Source: Candidatus Magasanikbacteria bacterium RIFOXYC2_FULL_42_28 (lineage in GTDB: Bacteria; Patescibacteriota; Patescibacteriia; Magasanikbacterales; GWA2-37-8). From it: DNA of 64,000 nt. The stretch spans positions 25,015-89,014 of the forward strand of contig MFQZ01000005.1 in NCBI GenBank assembly GCA_001784435.1, given 5' to 3'. Below are positions 1 to 9,534 of this stretch, piece by piece (position 1 is the stretch's first letter; every line of letters starts with the position of its first letter). The notes below the pieces were generated by a model that did no database searches, was not told where the DNA came from, and saw only the letters and a program-made list of their open reading frames with translations. The position numbers and the translations under genes are program-made.

Positions 1-44
1 AAAAGGACCGCGCGCCATCAATGTCGCTCGCGCCTAATAATCGC

Positions 45-86
45 AAGTTAAAAAAATACCCTCTGGATTTTTCCAGAGGGTATTTT
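45..86. terminator. Bidirectional rho-independent terminator (ATACCCTCTGGA-TTTTT-CCAGAGGGTAT flanked by A-run and T-run)
   Basis: Perfect 12-bp inverted repeat with A7 upstream and T5 downstream, immediately 3' of the minus-strand ORF 95..748. Confidence 0.6.
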
Positions 87-94
87 TAATTCTT

Positions 95-748
95 TTACTT
101 TTTCTTCTTTTTTGTCACTTTTTTAGAAGCAACTTTTGTCTTTTCTTTTTTAGCCGGAGTATCGGCTTTAACTTCCGCTTCTACCGCTTTCACAGTAGCA
201 GTACTCGGCACCAAAATTTTCATTAATTTATCAAATTTGGCGTGCAATGCCTCTACTTGACGCAACAGTTCACCCGCGTCTTTGGCACCTGGTTTTTCAA
301 AACAATCATTGCAGAAAACCGGTTTGCCGGGCATGGGTTTAAATGGCACTTGGCATTCTTTACCGCATTTGGAACAGGTCGCGGTGTGAGGATCGGCCGC
401 ACCCAATCGGGCCGGGCGTTCGCGTCGGTCGTCGTTGAAACGCGGTCGGTCGCTACTAAATCGATTTGGTCGGGCATTACCCGGGCTGTCCTGCTGTTTA
501 CCAAAACAGGTATTACAAAATACCGGGCGTTCGCCAGTTGGCTTGAACGGCACTTGGCAATCATTGCCACATTCACTGCAAGTGGCGGAATGCATCATCG
601 GTCGGCCACCATCGCGACCACCTCCAAAAGAAGGTCGGCCACCAAACGATGGTTTACCTCCAAAACGACTGCCGCCACCGCCAAATGGTTTTCGGCCAAA
701 ACTGGGTTTGCCATGCGGACGGTCGCCGCCTCTGCTAAAATTTCCCAT
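95..748 (-). CDS. Hypothetical nucleic-acid-binding protein: Gly/Arg-rich (RGG/FGG) N-terminus, two tandem CxxC...CxxC zinc-ribbon modules, Lys-rich C-terminal tail
   Basis: Translation shows duplicated motif ATCSxCGxxCQVPFKPxxGxPVFCNxCF and a KKVTKKKKK tail. No family recognised with certainty. Confidence 0.5.
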   Translation of the reverse strand: MGNFSRGGDRPHGKPSFGRKPFGGGGSRFGGKPSFGGRPSFGGGRDGGRPMMHSATCSECGNDCQVPFKPTGERPVFCNTCFGKQQDSPGNARPNRFSSDRPRFNDDRRERPARLGAADPHTATCSKCGKECQVPFKPMPGKPVFCNDCFEKPGAKDAGELLRQVEALHAKFDKLMKILVPSTATVKAVEAEVKADTPAKKEKTKVASKKVTKKKKK

Positions 749-821
749 AGAGTTGTTAGTTATAGATTAGTTAAGACGCAAGTGTAGCACAGATTACGAT
801 AAAAATCAATAGCAGGGGCAT

Positions 822-2276
822 TTACAAATTCCCCAAATCCAATTCCGTCCCAAATTTAATTTTTTTCACAAAATCGGGCATGTGGCTGATTAGTATAATC
901 GCACCGTCAAATTCGTTGATGGCTTGGGCAATTATCGGAATGTGGCGAAAATTTATATGATTAGTTGGTTCATCTAACACCAGTAATCCCGGTTGCATGA
1001 GTACCAAACGCGCGAACGACAGCAGTCCCTTTTGTCCTTCGGACAAACTGCCGATTTTCAAACCCATCAGTTCACCGGTAATTAAAAATCCAGCCGCCAC
1101 CGAGCGCATTTCTTGTAAATCAAGGCCATCGGCCATCACACTTTGCAGTGAGTCAATCACCATTTGATTATAATCCAAAGTCGCAAAATCTTGGCTGTAA
1201 TATCCCACGCGTGTATCTTTTAAAATCACCGCGCCCTCGGACGCGCCACTAACAAGCGCGCGCAGAAGCGTACTTTTGCCAATACCGTTTGGTCCGGAAA
1301 TTAACAACCGGTCGCGTTGACGTAAAACAATATTCACTTCCTTATCAATCGGTTCGTGATTATGAATAATTTTTACAGAATTGATTTTTACCACATCACC
1401 AACAATTCCTTGAGAGGGGATGGTGAATCCGCGAATAGTTTTGTCTTCACGGCGCACCGCCACTTTATTTTCTTCCAATTCGGTAATTTCTTCTTTTAAT
1501 TTGCTCGCTAATTTTCGCATCTTACCACCTTTATTCGCGAAAAAGTTTACCTTTTCTTTGTTGTCCAAAATTTCTTTTTCCAATTGTGCATTCTTTTTTA
1601 TTTCTCTTTCAATTCGTAAATTTATTTCCTCGCACACGGAATAATAATCACCGACATAGGTCTCAATTTTTTTGGTAAACACGTCCAAATACACCACGCC
1701 CTCGGTAAAACAATTTAAAAAATCCGCATCATGCGAAATTACCATGACGGTTTTGTCATACATTACTAAAAATTGCACCAAGTGGTCAATGCCGGCTTTA
1801 TCCAAATTATTAGTCGGCTCATCCAAAAGTAAAATATCCGGGTTTTGGATTAAAGCGTACGCGAGCAAAATGCGCGCCTGTTGGCCACCGGATAAATCAC
1901 CAACTTTGCGATCAATCGGCACGGTTAAATTTACCGCGTTCAGGACTTTGTTGATTTGACTTTTGATATTGCCCGGGACTTCCAAAAACGCTTTGGAAAA
2001 ATATTCTTCCACGCTTAATCCTAAATCCGCTTTCGCGACCATTTGCGATGCCGTGGCGATGCTGGCACTATCGGTAATAAATACTTGCCCTTCGGTTGGT
2101 TTGTATTCACCGGTGATAAGTTTGAAAATAGTGGATTTGCCCGCGCCATTTTGCCCCATTAAAGTAATTTTAGAACCGCGCCGGACACCAAAACTAACCT
2201 CGTCTAAAACGGGCTTTCGTTCTTCATATTCAAATATTACATTGTCAAAACGGAGAATTACGTCGTCGTTGGGCAT
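822..2276 (-). CDS. ABC-F family ATPase (two ABC cassettes, no transmembrane domain; EttA/Uup-like translation factor)
   Basis: Two Walker A (GQNGAGKST, GPNGIGKST), two ABC signatures (LSGGQQ, LSEGQK) and two Walker B (LLLDEPTNNLD, LVLDEPTNHI) motifs in one 484-aa soluble protein. Confidence 0.85.
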   Translation of the reverse strand: MPNDDVILRFDNVIFEYEERKPVLDEVSFGVRRGSKITLMGQNGAGKSTIFKLITGEYKPTEGQVFITDSASIATASQMVAKADLGLSVEEYFSKAFLEVPGNIKSQINKVLNAVNLTVPIDRKVGDLSGGQQARILLAYALIQNPDILLLDEPTNNLDKAGIDHLVQFLVMYDKTVMVISHDADFLNCFTEGVVYLDVFTKKIETYVGDYYSVCEEINLRIEREIKKNAQLEKEILDNKEKVNFFANKGGKMRKLASKLKEEITELEENKVAVRREDKTIRGFTIPSQGIVGDVVKINSVKIIHNHEPIDKEVNIVLRQRDRLLISGPNGIGKSTLLRALVSGASEGAVILKDTRVGYYSQDFATLDYNQMVIDSLQSVMADGLDLQEMRSVAAGFLITGELMGLKIGSLSEGQKGLLSFARLVLMQPGLLVLDEPTNHINFRHIPIIAQAINEFDGAIILISHMPDFVKKIKFGTELDLGNL

Positions 2277-2286
2277 AGGGTGTTTT

Positions 2287-2380
2287 TGTCATTCCGACCG
2301 AGCCGCAGGCGAGTGGAGGAATCCCTTAAAGTTATTATTACGTAAAGGGATCCCTCGGCTACGCTCGGGATGACAATTGA
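2287..2380. repeat. Palindromic element family A copy (termini GTCATTCCGAC...CGGGATGACAA), intergenic
   Basis: Terminal inverted repeats plus internal GGAATCCCTT/AAGGGATCC inverted repeat. Homologous to copies at 15373, 16937, 20057, 24735, 31913 and 57424. Confidence 0.8.
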
Positions 2381-2449
2381 AAAATGAATTAAAACGAGCC
2401 CACGTGGGGTTCGTTATTTGCTATATTATAGCACGATTTTGGGGTTTTG

Positions 2450-2698
2450 TCAATGTTTGGCGCCAATAATTTTTTGTTTTTGAGCGCGCGACATTTTTTT
2501 TATTTTACTTTCCGCTTTAGTCGCGAGCGATCGATTTTTAATTTTTTTGGAATAAACTAATTTTACCGGCCGACGGGCGCGGGTATATTTCGCGCCTAAC
2601 TTTGAGGTGTTATGTTCATTTACTCTGCGCTCCAAATTTACGGTGATACCGGCATACAGTGTTTTGTCAGCGCATTCAAGGATATATAAAAAATACAT
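2450..2698 (-). CDS. GIY-YIG nuclease family protein (YhbQ/UPF0213-like)
   Basis: YILECADKTLYAGITVNLERRVNEHN matches the GIY-YIG core of small UPF0213 proteins. Confidence 0.8.
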   Translation of the reverse strand: MYFLYILECADKTLYAGITVNLERRVNEHNTSKLGAKYTRARRPVKLVYSKKIKNRSLATKAESKIKKMSRAQKQKIIGAKH

Positions 2699-2699
2699 A

Positions 2700-2818
2700 C
2701 TTTAATAATTTCAAAATCCAAATTTCCAATTTCCAAAATAATGTCAAAGTTCAAAATTTGGAATTTGTTATTTGAGCTTGATTGGAAATTGGATATTGGA
2801 AATTTGACATTTTGCCAT
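2700..2818. repeat. AT-rich palindromic intergenic repeat (TTTCCAATTTCCAA / TTGGAAATTGGA arms, TTGACATT motifs), copy R1
   Basis: Shares 5' arm AATTTCAAAATCCAAATTTCCAATTTCCAA with copies at 20845 and 22150. Arms are reverse complements. Confidence 0.7.
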
Positions 2819-2832
2819 AATTACAGGATTGA

Positions 2833-3231
2833 TTATTCTAACGAATGACGCAAAATTTTTAATCGTGAATGAATTTTCTTAGCTTCCAACCGTTTTATTT
2901 TCGAGCTGTAAGTCGGACGCGTCGGACGGCGTTTTTTGGGAATTTGTAAAGCGCGCGCGACCAAAGTTTGCAAACGCGCTACTGCCGTTGCCCGATTTTG
3001 CGGTTGTGACCGTTCTTCTTCGGCCATTATCACCACTTCGTCAAACCAATTTATTTTATTTTTTAATTTCGCGCGCACCCGTTCTTTTTGCTCGGCGCTT
3101 AAAACTTGCGATCGCCCCACCGACCAATGCAAAATTGCCTTAGTCGCGGTTTTATTAACATTTTGCCCACCCGCGCCGGATGAGCGCGCGTAGGTTATTT
3201 TGATTTCGTTTACAGGGATATGGACACCCAT
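2833..3231 (-). CDS. arfB: Peptidyl-tRNA hydrolase ArfB-like (class I release-factor GGQ domain protein)
   Basis: SSGAGGQNVNKTATKA GGQ motif plus basic C-terminal tail. Start moved to the internal Met (MGVHIP) because the upstream 44 codons overlap a promoter region and look spurious. Confidence 0.7.
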   Translation of the reverse strand: MGVHIPVNEIKITYARSSGAGGQNVNKTATKAILHWSVGRSQVLSAEQKERVRAKLKNKINWFDEVVIMAEEERSQPQNRATAVARLQTLVARALQIPKKRRPTRPTYSSKIKRLEAKKIHSRLKILRHSLE

Positions 3232-3547
3232 AAAAAAATACTTAAGGCAAATCCGTTTTCTTGCGCGTTCTTTTGCTCGCCCCCACCGGATCACGAAAAT
3301 TTCTTGGCGTCGCGCGCAATTTTTTCGCGTCAAAGCCTCGACCGCTCGCTGGTTTCGCCTCATCGGTTTTATCTTCTTTTGCTTTTGCGGATTTTTTAAT
3401 CTGATCTAATTGTTTTTTATACCATTTCATATAAATTTGGTTTATATCCAATTAAGTATAGCAGTTTTATGGTAAGTTTACAATTAAAGTGGCGTAAACT
3501 ACCAACCTCTGCTATAATATGGGCAAGTTAATTCACATAGATATACT

Positions 3548-4165
3548 ATGAACGAAAACATCAAGGAAATCCTAGAAAAAATAAGTAATCTTAATAAGGA
3601 ACTATCCGCCAAATACGCCCAGCTTGCTGAAAAATACGGCTTTCATTTTGCCAATAAAAAAGTGGTCTTTTTGGAAGAATTTCGTAAGCGCAATCTAAAA
3701 TTTAGAATTCCGGTATGGAAATATGTTTTTCCGCGCAATTTTCGGCATTTGTTATCTTTGCCGTTTATTTACATGATGATCGTGCCGGTGGTTATTCTTG
3801 ATATTTTTATTACTATTTATCATACGGTCGCGTTTCCGCTCTATCATATTCCCAAAGTCAAGCGCGGTGATTTTATTGTTTATGACCGGAAATTTTTGGA
3901 TTATTTAAATATTATTCAAAAAGTCCACTGCATCTATTGCACCTATGTCAACGGCCTATTCGCCTACGCGGTCGAAATCGCCGGTCGGACCGAACGCTAC
4001 TGGTGTCCGATAAAATCCGCCCACAAACCCAAATTCCACCACGGCTGGTATAGCGAATTTGCCGATTATGGCAGTCCGGAGGAGTGGAAGGAGAAGTTTA
4101 ATGATGAAAAGGCGTTTGCGGGGTTGTGCGAGAACGATAAAAATAATAAAGACACACAATCTTAA
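3548..4165 (+). CDS. Hypothetical membrane protein
   Basis: ORF with a hydrophobic segment LLSLPFIYMMIVPVVILDIFITIYHTVAF. No recognised domain. Confidence 0.4.
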   Translation: MNENIKEILEKISNLNKELSAKYAQLAEKYGFHFANKKVVFLEEFRKRNLKFRIPVWKYVFPRNFRHLLSLPFIYMMIVPVVILDIFITIYHTVAFPLYHIPKVKRGDFIVYDRKFLDYLNIIQKVHCIYCTYVNGLFAYAVEIAGRTERYWCPIKSAHKPKFHHGWYSEFADYGSPEEWKEKFNDEKAFAGLCENDKNNKDTQS

Positions 4166-5409
4166 TCGTCGTCAAAATCTGCTAAAATCGCCACCCCCGC
4201 CAACCGCCCCGTCGCCCAGGCGGCTTGTAAATTAAAGCCACCGGTAAAACCATCCACATTTAAAATTTCGCCGGCAAAAAATAAACCCTCGCATTTTTTT
4301 GATTCCATTGTTTTTGGGTCAATTTCGGTTAATTCCACGCCACCGGCCGTGACAAATTCTTCACCCGCGCCATAGCCGACCGCGTGTACCATCGTATTTT
4401 TTAAAATCTCGGCCGACAAACTAATTTCGGCTTTGGAAATCTCGGCGTTTTTTTTATTTATCGGCAAATTAAATTCCAGCGCCAAACTTTCTACTAATTT
4501 TAGCGGTACAAATTGATGCAAAGTGTTTTTAAAATTTTTCTTTAATTCCGCTCGACAAGAATTTTGAATGGTATTTTTTAAATCTTCTATTTTTATCTCC
4601 GGCAAAAAATCAATGAAAATTGGCAGGGGATTTTTTGGGCTAAATAAGGTCAGAGCCGATAGGGAAGAGACCGCGAACACGGCTGGGCCGCTAATGCCTT
4701 TGTGGGTAAACAAAAACGGGCCGGTGCGCGAATTTGGTTTGGAGCAGTCGGCGCTAATCGTGGCCTTGACAAATGACATCCCCGCGAGCGTGCCCATCCA
4801 CGCTTCTTTCAAGACAAACGAATGTAAACTCGGGGCTAATTTAGTAATCGTATGGCCAAGCGCTTCGGCCAAAGTGTAGCCATCGCCTGTGGAACCGGTA
4901 TGGCGATAGGCCTGCCCGCCAAGCGCCAGCACGACCGTGTCTGCCAAAATTTCTGAACCATCTTTAAAAAATATTTTAAAAGTATTATTTTCTTTTTCCA
5001 TTTTTACCACCGAGCGCCCCAACACCACTTGAATCCGAGAACGCGCAAATATTTTTTTAAAAGCCCCCACCACATCTTCGCCGTGATCTGAAACCGGAAA
5101 AACCCGTCCGTCGTCTTCGCATTTTAACGGCACATTATGATCCTCAAACCAGGCGCGCACGGCGCGCGGTCCAAACGCGAACATTGCCGAAATTAAAAAT
5201 TTATTTCCGCGCGGATAATTTAACAAAACCTCTTTGGGATTTTCGGTACCAGTCGTCACATTGCACCGTCCGCCTCCGGAAATAATCACCTTGCGTCCTA
5301 AATCACTATTTTTTTCAATCAAAATAACTTCGGCCTCCGGATTGCCTTCACAAATTGTCGCCGCTGCCATCATGCCGGCCGCGCCACCGCCGATTATTAT
5401 TGTTTTCAT
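4162..5409 (-). CDS. NAD(P)/FAD-dependent oxidoreductase, HI0933/BaiN-like flavoprotein
   Basis: N-terminal Rossmann IIIGGGAAGMMAA and an ISGGGRCN motif typical of the HI0933 family. Start set at Met27 (MKTIIIGGG) to avoid overlap with the upstream gene. Confidence 0.8.
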   Translation of the reverse strand: MKTIIIGGGAAGMMAAATICEGNPEAEVILIEKNSDLGRKVIISGGGRCNVTTGTENPKEVLLNYPRGNKFLISAMFAFGPRAVRAWFEDHNVPLKCEDDGRVFPVSDHGEDVVGAFKKIFARSRIQVVLGRSVVKMEKENNTFKIFFKDGSEILADTVVLALGGQAYRHTGSTGDGYTLAEALGHTITKLAPSLHSFVLKEAWMGTLAGMSFVKATISADCSKPNSRTGPFLFTHKGISGPAVFAVSSLSALTLFSPKNPLPIFIDFLPEIKIEDLKNTIQNSCRAELKKNFKNTLHQFVPLKLVESLALEFNLPINKKNAEISKAEISLSAEILKNTMVHAVGYGAGEEFVTAGGVELTEIDPKTMESKKCEGLFFAGEILNVDGFTGGFNLQAAWATGRLAGVAILADFDDD

Positions 5410-5425
5410 GGATTTAAATAATTTA

Positions 5426-6460
5426 CTATCGGCTTTTAAATTCTCCCACAATCGCTTCCAAGATATCGTGAAAACTAATAATTCCAACGACCTTATTTGA
5501 TATTTTTTCGGTGATGAGCGCGATACTAATTGACGATCCTTTTAGGCGTTCAATAGCCACAAGCGACGGCACATCCGCGTCAATGCGCATCACCGGTTGC
5601 ACAAGTGATTTTAAATTAATATTCTCCAAACCGCCATCAAACAAATGGGTCAAAATATCTTTGGCTTCTACTGCTCCCAAATTTTTATCAATCTCGCCCG
5701 CGCATACCGGAAAAACTGAGCGATCACTGCTGGTGATTTTTTTTCTGACAATCGCAATCGGGTCACCTATATCCAGCCAAACAACCTCGCCACTATTGGT
5801 CATAAAATCTTTGATCGGTCGATTGCCCAAATAGAAAATGCTTTCCACCATTTTTTGTTCCGATCTTTCAAAGACGCCATTTTCCGCACCCTCCGCTATC
5901 AAGAGTTTTATTTCTTCTTCGGTAACAAATTGCTCCGAGACCGGTTTTACTCGTAGTAATTTAAGCAATAGGGCGGTGGAATAAGTTAAAATTTTTACAA
6001 ACGGCGCGGCGATTTTCATTATTGTTTTTATGGGACCGGCTACTTTTAACGCTAATTTTTCCGGATTAGATAGGGCGATTTGTTTGGGAACAAGTTCGCC
6101 GATGATAAGGGACAAATAGGTGATAACAATGACAACTAAAATTACACTTAGCGATTCACTATAACCTGTAAAAAAATTAAATTGAGCAAAATAAATTTCC
6201 AAATGTTCAGCCACAGTCGCGCCCCCAAAAGCACCGGCGAATATTCCAATAATCGTAATGCCAATTTGAATAGCCGAGAGCATCTCCGGCGATTTACGCG
6301 TTAATGATAGGGCATTTTGCGCCTGCCTATTTCCTTGTTTTGCCAAATGGCGCAGGCGACTTTTTTTAACACTAAGCAGGGCGATTTCCGACAAAGAAAA
6401 ATAACCGTTTAGAATAATTAAGGCGATTATTAAAATTAGTTCAATGAGAATAGTGGGCAT
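5426..6460 (-). CDS. CNNM/CorC-family transporter (DUF21 transmembrane domain + CBS pair + CorC_HlyC)
   Basis: Four N-terminal TM helices followed by tandem CBS-like segments. Characteristic hemolysin/CorC family architecture. Confidence 0.8.
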   Translation of the reverse strand: MPTILIELILIIALIILNGYFSLSEIALLSVKKSRLRHLAKQGNRQAQNALSLTRKSPEMLSAIQIGITIIGIFAGAFGGATVAEHLEIYFAQFNFFTGYSESLSVILVVIVITYLSLIIGELVPKQIALSNPEKLALKVAGPIKTIMKIAAPFVKILTYSTALLLKLLRVKPVSEQFVTEEEIKLLIAEGAENGVFERSEQKMVESIFYLGNRPIKDFMTNSGEVVWLDIGDPIAIVRKKITSSDRSVFPVCAGEIDKNLGAVEAKDILTHLFDGGLENINLKSLVQPVMRIDADVPSLVAIERLKGSSISIALITEKISNKVVGIISFHDILEAIVGEFKSR

Positions 6461-6507
6461 AGCAAATTTACTTTTTGTTTAATTTTTTATCGTTTAAATA
6501 ATCATTT

Positions 6508-6864
6508 TTACTGAAATAATTTAAGCCAATTTACTACTTCCACATAAATTAACGCTAAAACAAAAAAAACACCAAGGCCGAGCAAAATTGCTTTGTGCGC
6601 GCCAATTTTAGATGAAAAATAAGCAACCGTGAGCATATATGGTATCCAAGAAATTATCGTGCCCCAAAGCACAAACCAGGCATGTTGTCCAACTGCCACG
6701 CCACCTTTGGATTCACCAATAAAAATGTATGCCACTAAAGTAAAAACCGGAATTAAAGTGGCAAATCCCGACAGTAGGCGGAAATTGTTCTCTTCCAGCA
6801 TTACAATAATAGTGGTAAAAATTCCGCCAGCGAGAAAATAAAACGTCAGATTAAATAAATTCAT
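6508..6864 (-). CDS. Hypothetical small integral membrane protein
   Basis: Four predicted TM helices, no motif. Confidence 0.4.
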   Translation of the reverse strand: MNLFNLTFYFLAGGIFTTIIVMLEENNFRLLSGFATLIPVFTLVAYIFIGESKGGVAVGQHAWFVLWGTIISWIPYMLTVAYFSSKIGAHKAILLGLGVFFVLALIYVEVVNWLKLFQ

Positions 6865-6869
6865 AAAAA

Positions 6870-7400
6870 CTAACTATTATTAAAAAACAACGAATAAACA
6901 AACGATGTAATTATATCCGCGTCCGGCCCGTGAGCGATTGCTCCACCCAGTGCTCCCGTAAAACTAAGTAATATCGCGCCCAGTATTGATAATAAAACAA
7001 GTATAGGTTGTTTCGTAATTATACCAACGATAGGGGATAGTATTTTTAAAATTTTCTGAACAAAAAAATTACTTTGCGCTAACGCCACTACCTTGGGCAA
7101 TTTTTCTAAAAATTGAATTGAAAACGCGCCGGCCAAGATTGCATAAACCCAAATTGTCGCTCCCGCGAAAGTGGCGTGCAGTTCCACTAAGGCGCGGTTA
7201 AATCTTCTGGTTTCTTCCAGACTATCGCCACTGGAAAATGCCAACAAAGCGCCGAGAACACCAATCACAAGCATTAAATATTTCCCAGCGTTAAGCTTTT
7301 CCCGATAACTTGGAAAAAATACCAAACCAAATTCTATTAAACTATAAACGACGAGTAGGCCAATAGGGATGTGGACTATGGCCGCGTGAAGTGGGCCCAT
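6870..7400 (-). CDS. Hypothetical integral membrane protein (DUF2231-like)
   Basis: Multiple TM helices and an AHGPDADI motif. Confidence 0.4.
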   Translation of the reverse strand: MGPLHAAIVHIPIGLLVVYSLIEFGLVFFPSYREKLNAGKYLMLVIGVLGALLAFSSGDSLEETRRFNRALVELHATFAGATIWVYAILAGAFSIQFLEKLPKVVALAQSNFFVQKILKILSPIVGIITKQPILVLLSILGAILLSFTGALGGAIAHGPDADIITSFVYSLFFNNS

Positions 7401-7428
7401 ATGATTTTATGTTTATTTTACCAATATA

Positions 7429-8622
7429 TTATCTTTTGGGGTCAAATAAATCAACACTCGCCGCTACACTCTCGGCACCTTCCATGCGGATTGTGTGACT
7501 TACATGACTTAAAAAATGTTTACCAAAAGATTGCTCAATCCTGTCCACTAATTCATCACGCGCTTCCGTTTTGGGTGTCGCAACGCCGTGTGCAGTTTCT
7601 GACTTATCCGAATTTTCAAAATATGCTCTCAAAAATAATTCTTCTGGTACATACTGTAATAATCTGGCAAATATTTGCCTCTCACTTGTATATGATCCCA
7701 CGTTATACCGCCTGTTACTGGGATGATCCATATCTTGGGCGATTTGTTCGGTTACCGCTTCATCCAACGAATCAAAATCTGCTAGCAAATTCAAACCTTG
7801 TTTATAATACACAAACGTGTTCGCTCGAGTTTTACTGATTACCCTTCCTGCGAGCACGTGAACCATCTCGTGATTAAAAATTTCCCCGCCATAATCCCAA
7901 GCTCGACTGGTAGTTGATGGTCTATCATATAAAAGACGAGCCACATTTGCTTGTAAATTATAATCGCCAATTTTTTCTCTATCTTTAACCAACACCAACG
8001 GATCGGCGATTACAACCGCTGGCTCCGACAATCTTCTGTTGACATATTCCTCACCGTCAGGGAACATATCTAATGATAGCGGATGCGCCTTGTCGTCTAA
8101 TAATCGTTGAAATTTTTTTCTAAAATCTGCAAACCTTTCTGGCATTTTAGCTTCACCTTCTTTGGACTTTTGCCTAAAAATTTCTTGGTGTCTTTTGAGT
8201 ATTGTGGCAATTACATCGTGGGGTAGTGCTTGATTTTCTAATGCTTCTAGTAATAATATCGGCGCATTAGGGTGGCCCGGCATATTACGGGTAATTTCGA
8301 GTATAACTGGATTATTGATAATTGCACGGTCGGTTAAAGCTTCTATAAATAATGAGCGTATTTCTTGCCGTCCAATTTGCCCACCTCTTGCGGCAATATT
8401 TTCTAAATCGTAAATTAATCTACGTAATTGTTCGTCGTTAACTTCGCCCGCTTCGTTAAAAACACCATTTCCCAGAACGCGATTGTCACGCATGGCCGAT
8501 TCTTTTTTAATTCGTCTATCTTCAATATAACATGGATCCAACTCAGAAATTATTTGAATTTCTTTTTGGTTAATGTGGAGATCAGAGGGTGGAATCCCAG
8601 CGTCAATATTTCTTCTGCGCAT
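7429..8622 (-). CDS. Hypothetical HExxH zinc-metallopeptidase-like protein with atypical codon usage
   Basis: HEMVHVLAG motif. AGA/AGG/ATA codons frequent, unlike neighbouring genes (CGC/ATT). Lies in the islet next to tRNA-Asn. Confidence 0.5.
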   Translation of the reverse strand: MRRRNIDAGIPPSDLHINQKEIQIISELDPCYIEDRRIKKESAMRDNRVLGNGVFNEAGEVNDEQLRRLIYDLENIAARGGQIGRQEIRSLFIEALTDRAIINNPVILEITRNMPGHPNAPILLLEALENQALPHDVIATILKRHQEIFRQKSKEGEAKMPERFADFRKKFQRLLDDKAHPLSLDMFPDGEEYVNRRLSEPAVVIADPLVLVKDREKIGDYNLQANVARLLYDRPSTTSRAWDYGGEIFNHEMVHVLAGRVISKTRANTFVYYKQGLNLLADFDSLDEAVTEQIAQDMDHPSNRRYNVGSYTSERQIFARLLQYVPEELFLRAYFENSDKSETAHGVATPKTEARDELVDRIEQSFGKHFLSHVSHTIRMEGAESVAASVDLFDPKR

Positions 8623-8706
8623 ATATAATTCAATTATTTAAATTTTTTTAGTGCTATGTTATTCTATCATAGTTTTTAGAGTTTGGGAATCGTAATTTGT
8701 GTATAA

Positions 8707-8747
8707 AAAAATTCCGCTTACTTTAGCGAAATTTTTTGACCGCTCGT
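8707..8747. repeat. 41-bp direct repeat copy 1 (AAAAAATTCCGCTTACTTTAGCGAAATTTTTTGACCGCTC)
   Basis: Near-identical copy at 9393..9435 (2 mismatches). Contains a small hairpin CGCT..AGCG plus T-run. Confidence 0.7.
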
Positions 8748-8877
8748 CGTATAGAACAATGCTGGAACGTTTTAAGAAGGCAGAACAGCACTATATTTAT
8801 AATATTGACTTTTTACAATAAAGATGTAATATAGTAATTGTATTCCAACCCCAACAAAAAGTGAAAGGTAGGTCTCA

Positions 8878-9156
8878 ATGCCTCGAGCGAAAACACATTG
8901 CCCAAGGCCGATGTGGCATGGAAGACGTAAGCCGAGAGGGTGGCGGAAACACGTTCGCACGTTGAAAGCCATGGCGAAGGGGATGGTGGTAAAAATCACT
9001 CCACCACCGCCTCCGCCTCCGCAGTGGAGATGTACCAACGTTGTCTACGGCTGGCGTAATGGATGGCAACCGTGTGGCCATTCCAACCCCAATAGCACCA
9101 ACTGCTGTGAGGAGTGCGGTGATTACCACGCACACACAGTAGCGCCGCGACACTGA
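8878..9156 (+). CDS. Hypothetical Cys/Pro/Trp-rich small protein (92 aa) in tRNA-adjacent islet
   Basis: Preceded by a sigma70-like promoter TTGACT-16-TAATAT (8803..8830) and AAAGG RBS. GC-rich, compositionally atypical. Confidence 0.3.
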   Translation: MPRAKTHCPRPMWHGRRKPRGWRKHVRTLKAMAKGMVVKITPPPPPPPQWRCTNVVYGWRNGWQPCGHSNPNSTNCCEECGDYHAHTVAPRH

Positions 9157-9179
9157 CAAAAAATGTAATCGGAGGAACC

Positions 9180-9281
9180 ATGAAACGCAAGGGAGATGGT
9201 AGTCTCCCACGTAGTATGGAGGGACGAATACAAATACATACCTCTCGGTTCGTCACTCCCTATGTTTATTATAATTTTTAG
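9180..9281 (+). CDS. Hypothetical 33-aa peptide (MKRKGDGSLPRSMEGRIQIHTSRFVTPYVYYNF) with strong RBS
   Basis: GGAGG 4 nt upstream of ATG. Followed by hairpin CGGTTCGTCACTCCCTAT...ATAGGGAACGAACCG (9246..9300). Not in the supplied ORF track (too short). Confidence 0.25.
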   Translation: MKRKGDGSLPRSMEGRIQIHTSRFVTPYVYYNF

Positions 9282-9392
9282 TAGATATAGGGAACGAACC
9301 GATGGATAATTAAAAAACGCTGATATATTATCGGTGTTTTTTGTTGAAATAATTTTTATAAAGAAGTTCGGAAACCATAATTTAGTAATAAA

Positions 9393-9451
9393 AAAATCCG
9401 CTTGTTTTAGCGAAATTTTTTGACCGCTCCCAGGGTCGGATTTACCCCTAC
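9393..9451. repeat. 41-bp direct repeat copy 2 fused to a 17-bp duplicate of the tRNA-Asn 3' end (GCTCCCAGGGTCGGATT)
   Basis: GCTCCCAGGGTCGGATT recurs at 9534..9550, which is the 3' end of the tRNA gene. Looks like an att-site duplication. Confidence 0.6.
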
Positions 9452-9534
9452 GCTACGCTTCGGGGCATAAACTTCTCATCCGTCTCACGGAATATAATTA
9501 AAAACAGGACAAAATGCCCTGTTTTTTAATTATG

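Noticed and set aside
2700-2818. The AT-rich repeats (also 12960, 20845, 22150) as a possible CRISPR array
   Set aside because: Copies are single, dispersed and internally palindromic, with no repeat-spacer periodicity and no cas genes.
3232-3363. N-terminal 44-aa extension of the ArfB ORF and the overlapping 3242..3451 minus-strand ORF
   Set aside because: The extension is basic, low-complexity and overlaps a promoter-like region. The internal Met gives the canonical ~130-aa ArfB. The overlapping 69-aa ORF has no support.
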